Below are positions 55,401-64,000 of a stretch of 64,000 nt of DNA, in pieces. Under the pieces are notes generated by a model that searched no databases, was not told where the DNA came from, and worked only from the letters and a program-made list of their open reading frames with translations. The stretch comes from Octopus sinensis (taxonomy: Eukaryota). Positions within the stretch are counted from its first letter, which is position 1, and every line of letters starts with the position of its first letter. Position numbers and translations under genes: made by a program. Location of the stretch: positions 11,469-75,468 of the forward strand of contig NW_021833603.1 in assembly GCF_006345805.1 (NCBI RefSeq), in the 5' to 3' direction.

Positions 55401-56979
55401 TCAGGAACCACATTCAAGAAAGCGAGCTGAAATGAGACAAAATATTGATTACCGAGGAGTAAGTACAGCATCCTCGGATATTTTGATTTGTGTTTCCTTC
55501 AGCCACCACATCCTCCACTCCTTCCTCTTCCTCAATTCCTTCTCTTCTTCCTTCTCCTTCCCCTTCCCCTTCTTCTTGTTCTTCTTGTTCTTCTTGTTCT
55601 TCTTCTTCTTCTTCTTCTTCTTCTTCTTCTTCTTCTTCTTCTTCTTTTCTTCTTCTTCTTCTTCTTCTTCTTCTTCTTGTTCTTGTTCTTCTTCTTGTTC
55701 TTCTTCTTGTTCTTCTTCTTCTTCTTCTTCTTGTTCTTCTTGTTCTTCTTGTTCTTCTTCTTCTTCTTCTTCTTCTTCTTCTTCTTCTTCTTCTTCTTCT
55801 TTTGGTCAACTTGCGCCGCAGCGTCTCGGAGGAGATAGTGTTAGTTGAAGGCTACCAAACCTGCCATACACAGACAACTTCAGCTTTATATATAGAGAGA
55901 TTTGCTTTAGTATCATAATGGGTTGCATATAGAGAACTTAATTTAGAGCGGATTGTAAATATTTGAAATCTACTTCTAGCATAGACGCTGGTCATTTCCA
56001 GTTGCCCTTAACTAAAAGTGTATTTTAAAAATTATATACGTAAATAAATTAATGTTACCTATAAGGTCATTTTTATGTGCTAGACCACTAATATAATCAT
56101 TTTAATGATTATATTCTTATCTTATAAGTGGCACTCCGTCGGTTACGGCGACGAGAGTTCCAGTTGATACGATCAACGGAACTGCCTGCTCGTGTACCCT
56201 TAACGTAATTCTCGGGAAGATTCAGCGTGACACAGAGTGTGACAAGGCTGTCCCTTTGAAATACAGGCACAACAGAAAGAGGAAGAAAGAGTGAGAGAAA
56301 GTTGTGGTGAAAGAGTACAGCAGGGTTCGCCATCACCCTCTGCCGGAGATCGTGGAACCATACGTGTTTTTTTGGCTCAATAAACACTGGGAATCGAAAC
56401 AGCGATCCTACGACCGCGAGTCCGCTGCCCTGACCACTGGGCCATTGTGCCTCCACTTCTTATCAGTTCACAATAAAGTAATACGCATAAAATTGTATCA
56501 ATTGTTTTAAAATTTGCCTAATTTCATTGAAATTATATAATTCCGATTTCATTAAAATAGATCATTCTTGGACACCCTGTGTCCCGGAATTAAGAGTATG
56601 AATCGAACAAATAAAATGCTTCTTCGATGAAGCTGACACCCGATCCGTTTGCTTTTTCAATTATAATTAAAGAAATTGTTAATTAAAAGATATTTGCTTT
56701 TACATCATAAAAAAAAAATTTTCAAATAATTTTGGTTTGTTGTTTCTGTTTCAGATTCCAGAAATAAGAGCCAGAAACTCACGAAATTTTAATTACCAAA
56801 AAGTAAGCACAACATTCTTGGATATTGTTTCGTGTTTTCTTCAGCCGCCACCTCCACTCCTATTTTCTTCTCTTCTCCCTCCTCTTCATTTTTTTCCTCC
56901 TTCTTCATTCTCCCCTTCGTTCTCTCCATCTTCCCCCTAAACTTCCTCCTGTCCTTCTTCCTCCTACTCTTCCTCCTAT

Positions 56980-57038
<59 letters not shown>

Positions 57039-58835
57039 TGTGTGTCTGTGTTTGTGTATGTATATGTGTATGCATGTATGCATATATGCGTCTTTGGGCT
57101 TGTGTTGCTTTATTTACATACCTGTAACTTAGTGGTTCGACAACGGAGACCAGCAGAATATATACTAGACAGCAAAATGAAACACAGAAAAGGAGATCGA
57201 TTTGTTCGAGTAGAGACACTTCAAGGCAGTGAACCGGAACTAGTAAATGATAAAAGACGAAAGTTAGCAGCTTGTCTGCTGTAAGCGACCTGAACGTGGC
57301 CACCCTTGTCGAATTTGAAGTACTTGATTGCCAAACCTTGTCACAACCTCGTTACGGTCGGGTCAGGCTTGACCCTTGCGCATCACCAATACCTGGTTAT
57401 GTCGGATCTTATATTTTGTTTGACTTCCGCTTCCGCATCTTATTAGAAGACAAAAGCCACTCAACCACATTGATATGATTGGCTGAAACACATTGCACAA
57501 AATTGTGTAGAGGAAGAAGAGGAAGAGAGGTAAGAGGAGGAGGAGGAATGGGGAAGAAGGAAGAAGCAGAGCAGGAGCAAGAGGAGTTGGAGAAGATAGA
57601 ATATGCGTGTGTGTGCGTGTGTGCGCGCGCGTGTTTTTGTGTATGTGTAAAGCCAGAACAATGCGAGAAGGTACAATAACCATATAACCATATAATTATA
57701 TGAATAACCAATAACCATATAATTATATGAATCATATGGTTATTGACGATTTGTTTATTTTCAGCATATTAGGCATTGGAATTTTTTTCTTTTGCCTTTG
57801 TTTATAAGTTGTTTATAAATTTAACCTCTAAAGATATTTTTAACATGCTGGCCATTAATAGAATTTTTTACGAAAAATTTTATCCAAATTAGATATATAT
57901 ATAATGATATTTATATTTAGAGAGACCGACAGACAGACAGATAGAGACAGACAGAAAGAGGGAGAGAGAGTGTGATTCAATCCTGTATCCATACTGTTGT
58001 ACACTTCATAGTATAGTGTGTGGTTGTGCAAACAAGGACATCTTCTAAGGAACCGATTCTAAGAAACCGATTCTCATGAATACTGGATGACTTACGGCTG
58101 CCACAACGGAGATGAGTCGATGAAAATATTTTGTCAATAAGCGATAGGTTTGTCGCTAAATGTTTGAAATTTTCCCCAAAAAAAGTGCCTAAGAGAGATA
58201 ACGCAAAATTATCCAATGGTTGTCCTTTATAGTTTTGAAAAACTCTAACCACAATGGAAAGAAATTTCGGGTAAAACAATAAAAATAACGAGAGAAATGA
58301 TAATACATTATTGAAGGATATCGTGTAGGCACGTGGCTCAGTGGTTAGGGTGTCAGCATCATGATTGTAAGATTGTGGTTTCGATTCCTGGACCGGGCGA
58401 CGCGTTGTGTTCTTGAGCAAAACACTTCATTTCACGTTGCTCCAGTCCACTCAGTAAAGCTGCGATGGACTAGCGTCCCGTCCAGCTAGGGAACATATAC
58501 GCCATAGAAACCGGGAAACCGGGCCCATGAGCCTGGCTAGGCTTTAAAAGAGCGCATTTATTTATTTTATTTATTGAAGGATATCGAAGATCACGTGAAA
58601 ATAAACGAAAATGGAATAGCAATAATCGTACGATATTAAAAAGCATGTCGAGCCATTCTTCTTTAATATACGTGCATAAATTTCGTATTTATTTTACATA
58701 TACAATTTATATTAACCATGTGGGATAATTAAGCATTTTCCTTATTTGCAGCTCATCAACAGACAAAAGATAAGCTCGTATCTAGATAATATAGTACCAC
58801 CAATTTTACCGGACAGAATAAATGGAAGACCATAA
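36942..58835 (+). CDS. Spliced 10-exon gene: BCAP/PIK3AP1-BANK1-Dof-like TIR-DBB adaptor, predicted 366 aa
   Basis: Exons 36942-36966, 40369-40802, 45894-46023, 46812-46970, 48037-48137, 50058-50088, 53898-53932, 55405-55458, 56755-56802, 58752-58835. All introns are GT-AG with phases 1,0,1,1,0,1,0,0,0, joining into one open frame of 1101 nt. The N-terminus KILFIHSADGEDWSKYL resembles BCAP DILIVYSPDAEEWCQYL (recalled, not aligned). Confidence 0.8.
39476..39710. repeat. Diverged palindrome (~110-bp arms) in intron 1 of the TIR-DBB gene
   Basis: tgtatcc...gggacatacaag...ttcttcagggttaaaaa mirrored by tttttaaccctgaagaa...cttgtatgtccc...ggataca. Confidence 0.85.
40369..40802 (+). CDS. TIR-DBB gene exon 2: TIR-like domain plus YEEI linker
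   Basis: Acceptor ttttttttacag, donor CCT|gtaagt. 434 nt open: ILFIHSADGEDWSKYLQEML...IKVLIFTP...HYEEIDEKKLPFRFFPNTFYP. Confidence 0.88.
40959..41158 (-). mobile_element. tRNA-headed SINE (family C) with TSD ttataagatt; relatives at 35085-35300, 56125-56455, 58325-58560
   Basis: TGGCCTAGTGG and GGTTCGAATCT boxes on the minus strand; TSD at 40949-40958 and 41159-41168. Confidence 0.8.
42302..45755 (-). mobile_element. Helitron, internally deleted (PIF1 helicase remnant, no Rep), in intron 2 of the TIR-DBB gene
   Basis: Minus strand A|TCTCTTATGATAAAAGGC 5' end; 3' hairpin CCCGAGCATCGCCGGG then CTAG|T; inserted between A and T with no TSD. Confidence 0.9.
43143..44570 (-). pseudogene. Frameshifted Helitron PIF1-like helicase
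   Basis: APGGTGKT, VASSGI, IVWDEC, GDFRQTLPV, CNGTRL, MSINKAQGQT, HGQLYVACSRV spread over 3 frames. Confidence 0.92.
45894..46023 (+). CDS. TIR-DBB gene exon 3 (DBB/TIG N-half)
   Basis: ttgacag|GGT...CCAC|gtaagt; GQNTLFIGFNEQKDTTYSIKISECPDSIPVFQCAENIGSCTLP. Confidence 0.82.
46812..46970 (+). CDS. TIR-DBB gene exon 4 (DBB/TIG C-half)
   Basis: tttttctgcag| ... AGAG|gtaaat; QCKPGHKTVQLFDDKRPEEQVFASNILIITTESLVNDIFEYYRSCKSPNINYR. Confidence 0.82.
48037..48137 (+). CDS. TIR-DBB gene exon 5
   Basis: ttcattctcag| ... GAA|gtaatt; GFTKSKNIFKGLHNFYQGLLSDIVKDSLNVSETE; in phase with exon 4. Confidence 0.75.
48565..49415 (-). mobile_element. Degenerate Dong family 2 3' fragment interrupted by a hAT MITE
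   Basis: 3'UTR matches 19320-19420 and abuts (ATT)n; KVCLLINMPCDHNISAK matches the 18491 ORF. Confidence 0.75.
48846..49163. mobile_element. hAT MITE
   Basis: CAGAGACTCTCAAAG...CTTTGAGAACCTATG; TSD-like ctttaaac/ctttagat. Confidence 0.65.
50058..50088 (+). CDS. TIR-DBB gene micro-exon 6 (DDKAPPLPER)
   Basis: ctattttcag| 31 nt |gtgagt; class II SH3-ligand-like PPLPER. Confidence 0.72.
50681..51191 (-). mobile_element. RTE-clade LINE 3' fragment with inverted 5' segment and 11-bp TSD
   Basis: (GAT)n tail; minus-strand QFAGHC...DREVWR; plus-strand PILLYGSETWTL...RVQFSGH; TSD gacatagtagt at 50670-50680 and 51192-51202. Confidence 0.88.
53898..53932 (+). CDS. TIR-DBB gene micro-exon 7 (KQRIYMRPPQNP)
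   Basis: ttgtcttttttag| 35 nt |gtaagt; phase 1 to 0, which complements exon 6. Confidence 0.7.
54048..54410 (-). mobile_element. Non-autonomous Helitron (~360 bp)
   Basis: Minus strand A|TCTCTCTATATATAAAG start; hairpin CCCGAACAACGCTGGG then CTAG|T end. Confidence 0.85.
55405..55458 (+). CDS. TIR-DBB gene micro-exon 8 (EPHSRKRAEMRQNIDYRG)
   Basis: gctttcag| 54 nt |gtaagt; symmetric phase 0. Confidence 0.68.
55801..55900 (-). mobile_element. 5'-end-only copy of the same small Helitron, fused to (CTT)n
   Basis: Near-identical to 54312-54410. Confidence 0.8.
56755..56802 (+). CDS. TIR-DBB gene micro-exon 9 (IPEIRARNSRNFNYQK)
   Basis: tttctgtttcag| 48 nt |gtaagc; symmetric phase 0; flanking introns are homologous to those of exon 8. 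Confidence 0.68.
58752..58835 (+). CDS. TIR-DBB gene terminal coding exon (LINRQKISSYLDNIVPPILPDRINGRP*)
   Basis: ttttccttatttgcag| phase 0, ends TAA; AT-rich 3'UTR follows. Confidence 0.68.
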   Translation, partial: LINRQKISSYLDNIVPPILPDRINGRP

Positions 58836-59110
58836 AAGTTACAGCACTTTCTCCACTACACCTGCTTACCTTGCAAAAGCAACGAAAAGACTAAAACATA
58901 GAGAGGAGGAAGCAAAGAAGAATCGAAATAGACTATACGCAATAACCATATGCATGTGGCAATGTTGATAGATTTAATATTCAAAGAATTCTACAAAAAA
59001 GAAATATTTATACGGACATCATATACACTTGATATACGCTTTACATATATGTTTTATATTTATTTATACGTTTAATTGTTAAATGTTACAACAAAAATCA
59101 AAGCTAGAAA

Positions 59111-59116
59111 AATAAA
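59111..59116 (+). promoter_or_regulatory. Candidate polyadenylation signal of the TIR-DBB gene
   Basis: AATAAA about 275 nt after the stop. The AT-rich context makes a chance match likely. Confidence 0.35.
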
Positions 59117-59542
59117 AAAAATAAAATAACCACATATTTTCATATAAATCAGAATCTTGCTTCAGAGTTATTTAATTTAAATTTATTGGATAAATGTCCG
59201 CTCTGCCGGAAATAAGGTAAGATAAATGCTGTACCGACGACGCCTTTTGAGGCAGAAAAACATGCCCACAGACGCCATCTCGTGTCTAGACAGCCAGATT
59301 GGCTTTTCCTCAATGGAATGTCAATTTCTGGGAATTTTTAATTCTTCAGATTATCTCACAAGGCGATTGATCAACACAACTTTGAAGCAGAGATAATCTT
59401 AAATAAACAAGAATTTATTTGGTATTTTGTTCAGTATACTGCATTCATGTTTTCTCCCCAACGTTATGCTACCAGCAACAATTAGTTGTCTAAATTCTGA
59501 GTAATTTTCGTTTAATTTGTGCATGTACGAATCTACATATAT

Positions 59543-59600
<58 letters not shown>

Positions 59601-59670
59601 ATATATATATATGTATGTATATATATATATATATATACATACATACATACATACATACATACATACATAC

Positions 59671-59727
<57 letters not shown>

Positions 59728-59836
59728 TATACATACATAATACATACATACATAATACATACATACATACAGGACACACACAATTATATATATATATATA
59801 TATATATAGATATATATATATATATACATACATACA

Positions 59837-59895
<59 letters not shown>

Positions 59896-60221
59896 TATAT
59901 ATATATTATATATATATATATGACAACTATTTGGTAGCCATGATAAAACTCCGAGTTTCGGATGCCGAGGTGGAAATTCACGCCGCCATCTCTTCATTTA
60001 TCTGGCCATCGGAAAAATGCTATGAAAACTGACCGTTATAAAAAGGGAAATTACTGTGTGATTAACCGTTATTAAGACAAAAGAGCTATTCGAATGACCG
60101 CTAAGTAAGGGAGTAAAGTAAGGGGTAAAAAGTTCATAGTATTCGCTTTAGCGCGCCTGTTCATACCTACACATGTGCGCCCACACACCCATGTGCGTGC
60201 ACATACATTCATCTATCCTCA

Positions 60222-60263
<42 letters not shown>

Positions 60264-60414
60264 CATCTTATACAGGGCACAAATGACAGTGAAATTTTAA
60301 GTGGTTGAAGAAAGGTATCATAAGTCCAACAGCTGTTTATGGGGGCTTGGTGATCCATGATAATATTGGTAGATTTAGTCCTTGACAAAATGCGGCCATA
60401 TGAATGCATTCAAC

Positions 60415-61664
60415 ATAGAACGATATGAGCCTCTACCATCATGGTCGAGAAACTCTTACATTTCAGGTCTTAAAGCCGAGAAGTTCAAAGATGGCTGATT
60501 TGAGGTTGTATTTGAAGTCATCAGGAAAGAATACTTCCCGAGAAGCTCACCTCCAATACGTACAAAATAGTTTTCTTCCCTTCTCAGCACTAAGTTAATG
60601 CTGCTGTTGTTGTGATATCTGAGAGAGACTATGCGACATTCGACGGTTGTCTGCACTGATCTCAAGCCCCTTACCTCTTTTATCTCCTCTTAGGTAGAGC
60701 CGGTCGTTATCACTATTTTTGTGGAGATTGCCAATTGATGTTAGAATCTTAAAGGTTTTAATGCCTATGAAGTGGATTTCTTCCAATGACCAGCAATTAT
60801 CCCAAATGTTGGGACCAGCACCATTACTGCATTGTGAGACATTGTCGTGTTGTAAGAGGAGACTTCAGACTTCCATGTTCCTTAAGCTGGTATAACATTC
60901 TTGGATCACTCTGTCTTTATTTACAGTACTTCGGTATGATATATTTTCATCCATGCTAAGGTACTTGCAGCATTCCTTGTGTGGAACTGGAGAGATAGTG
61001 AGACATGTTTGCTGTCTGAGAGACTGATTTTACCCGTTCAACATTTAAGTATGAACATTTCTTGTGGACAAATTCCATTTCTATGTCAGCTGAAAATGTT
61101 ATTAATTCCAGTTGTGTTTTTTGGGCATTGCTAACATTGTTAGCATAGATCTTAAGGTCATCCACAAAGAAATTATGGGTTACATTAATCTCTTGAAGTT
61201 GCACACCTTAGCATGTAGCCATTTGTTTTTTATAGCAGGAATGATAATATAATGGGTTTAACGCTAAAATGAACAGAAGTAAAGAGACGCTATCTCCCTG
61301 GAATATTCCCATTGAAATCTTTATGGAATTGGAAACGATCGTTGCACTGTCTGTTCTAAATGTGAGGATTGTGGTCAAGATTTATGTGAGCCTTTTAATG
61401 ACAGAAATTAAGGTAGCAGGCACTTTTGCTAAATGGAGACACTTCAGCAGCCATTCGTGGGGAATAGAATCAAATGCCTTCCCATAATGAAACCATACTG
61501 TTGTAAGGCTCCTACGATACGTTTTTGTTTGTACTTTTTCAGACAGTACAGCTTTGTTTATCAGAAGCTGTTTGGCACACTCCCACACTCCCTTCTTTCC
61601 ATCAGCCGGTTATCAGACACTATGTATGTATGTATGTATGTATGTATGTATGTTTGTATGTATG

Positions 61665-61698
<34 letters not shown>

Positions 61699-61875
61699 TG
61701 TATGTATGTATGTATGTATGTATATATGTATGTATGTATGCATGTATGTATGTATGTATGTATGTATGTATGTATGTATGTATGTATGTTTCTATGTATG
61801 TATGTATGTATGTAAGTATGTATTATGTATGTATGTATGTATGTATGTATGTATGTATGTATGTATGTATGTATG

Positions 61876-61909
<34 letters not shown>

Positions 61910-61935
61910 TGTATGTATGTATGCATGTATGTATG

Positions 61936-61969
<34 letters not shown>

Positions 61970-62760
61970 TGTATGTATGTATGTATGTATGTATGTTTGT
62001 ATGTATATATGTACGTATGTATGTATGTATGTATGTATGTATGTATGTATGTATGTATGTATGTATGTCACTGCTGTATCTAATCATTTAAATCCTTCCT
62101 CTGAAGTAGCTGGTTTCTAACAAATATACAAATCTCCACCTTTGGAATGTATTTAACGAAAACAACGTCACATTTTAAGCCTGAGAAAATTTTTGCATAG
62201 TTTTATAGTTCCACTTACAGATTGCATTTGTAATGTGCGAATTAGTTGGTTGATTTCTTTTTCTGAAAATCCAAGCTTATTCAGACCTACAGTTAGGCAC
62301 TTACAATACCAAGTGCTCCTACTATTGACGCTACAAATGTAAATTTGTAACCCGGCTATAGAAGCTGGAGATTTCGAAGCAGCTATCTTGAGTTATCCTC
62401 CTTCTCTTCGATTTTCAGAGATATTCGCATCAGCAGGGTAGCTGGCCTCTATGATGGTACATACTTTATTTTATCTGTCCCAACAATAATATTCGGCCTG
62501 TTATATTTACACTTGACTGAAGTTTCGATGGGAATGTTCCACCAGTATTCTTTATGCTGGTAATTGACCACGCATTCAATGACAGGACGATTCTCTACAT
62601 TTAATCTGGGACGGTGTTTTTTTTTTCCGAATGGTATTGCATATTGTTTTAGCAACAACGTCATGTTGCATAGGGAGATGGTACCCTGATAACATTTCGA
62701 GCAGCTGCTACTCACATGGGTGATATCTTACAGAGAAACATGACAGTCGACATTATTGGT
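60415..62760 (-). mobile_element. Old degenerate R4-like LINE fragments (RT, plus a separate endonuclease piece) split by (TATG)n
   Basis: YGKAFDSIPHEW, GIFQGDSVS, HNFFVDDLKIY, DRLYLRGDKRGKGL, NRPNIIV. Confidence 0.78.
61620..62068. repeat. (TATG)n microsatellite; similar long tracts at 47060-47390, 49415-49672, 59535-59920, 63205-64000, and (AGAT)n at 14690-14890
   Basis: Read directly. Confidence 0.95.
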
Positions 62761-62894
62761 TGCACCTTGGAACATTACGGCGACAATCTGCCAGCGGAAG
62801 AGTGAAGTTCGATATGTGACATTGCTTTGCTATCTGCATTCTTTATTTACAGGAAGACTTTAAACTCATTAGAAATAGAGATGAATATACATGC

Positions 62895-62926
<32 letters not shown>

Positions 62927-62930
<4 letters not shown>

Positions 62931-63193
62931 TGGTTGTATACTGTCAATCTAACACGAACGTGACAGTAGGCGGGTACACCACCGCTGTATAGCACTAGGA
63001 AGCATCGACGCCTCCTGATGGCTTTGACACATTTTTCCCTGTGTCCTTAAGGACACATATTTTTTTATGTATATAAGGACACAGGGAATAATGTGTCAAA
63101 GCCATCAGGAGCGTCGATGCTTCCTAGGCTATACACCGGTGGTGTACCCCCTACTGTCACGTTCGTGTTAGATTGACAGTATACAACCATTCT
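62927..63193. repeat. Palindrome (~125-bp arms)
   Basis: agaatggttgtatactgtc...tgtgtccttа mirrored by taaggacaca...gacagtatacaaccattct. Confidence 0.88.
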
Positions 63194-63823
63194 ATCGCCC
63201 CACCACATACATACATGCATACACTCACATACATATATACATACACACATACATCCAGCCATACATACATACATACATAAATACATACATACATACATAC
63301 ATACATACATACATTCATACATACATACTTACATAATGCACGCATGCATTCATAGATACATACTACATACATACTAACGTATACACACACATACGTACAT
63401 ATGTACATACATACATATATATATACATACATAGATACACACATACATGCATACATACATATACATAAATCCATACATACACCCACATACATACATATAT
63501 ACATACATACATACATACATACATACATACATACATACATAATACATACATACGTACATACATACGTACATACATGCACACATATACATACATACACATT
63601 CATACATACAGACGGATAGACATACAGACGTACATACAGACAGACAGGCAGATAGACAGACGAGACATGATATCTTTATTTGGGACAGATAAGATAAAAA
63701 CACAAGCAACATTGCGGCAACAATATGTCAGCGGAGAATGCAGTTTAACGTGACATTCATATGTACCTGCATACATATATACATACATATATACATACAT
63801 ACATACATACATACATACATACA

Positions 63824-63857
<34 letters not shown>

Positions 63858-63910
63858 CATACAGACATACAAACATACATACATTCATACATACATACAT
63901 GCATGCATGC

Positions 63911-63941
<31 letters not shown>

Positions 63942-64000
63942 CATACATGCATACATGCATGCATGCATACTTACATACATACATGCATGCATACATACAT

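Larger units (their letters stand above)
55108..56579. mobile_element. Tc1/mariner-like TIR pair enclosing micro-exon 8
   Basis: TA|CAGGGTGTCC..atctattttaatgaaatcgga and tccgatttcattaaaatagat..GGACACCCTG. Confidence 0.6.

Noticed and set aside
46880-63996. Many [14 protein letters not shown], poly-I/N/Y/K ORFs here and throughout the window
   Set aside because: These are translations of (TACA)n, (TA)n, (AAT)n and (GAA)n microsatellites.

Overview
AT-rich animal genomic DNA saturated with microsatellites and repeats. The SINE families, R4/Dong LINEs and (TACA)n/(TAA)n load suggest an octopus or other coleoid cephalopod; this is inference, not verified. Two host genes are supported. (1) A secreted laccase-type multicopper oxidase whose CDS is a single exon (21124-23043, +). 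(2) A 10-exon gene (36942-58835, +) that the ORF track mostly misses. I reconstructed it by hand from GT-AG sites with all intron phases compatible (1101 nt, 366 aa). It looks like a short BCAP/PIK3AP1-BANK1-Dof-type adaptor: TIR-like domain, then DBB/TIG domain, no ankyrin repeats, and a tail built from micro-exons carrying Tyr and PxxPxR motifs. The rest is mobile DNA: several R4/Dong RLE-LINE families inserted in a fixed orientation into (TAA)n arrays, two Helitron families, Penelope fragments with hammerhead ribozyme motifs and long palindromes, an RTE copy with a twin-priming inversion, mariner and hAT remnants, many tRNA-type SINEs, and two tandem arrays. Most ORFs in the supplied track are microsatellite translation artefacts. 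All homology calls are from motif recognition, not database searches.
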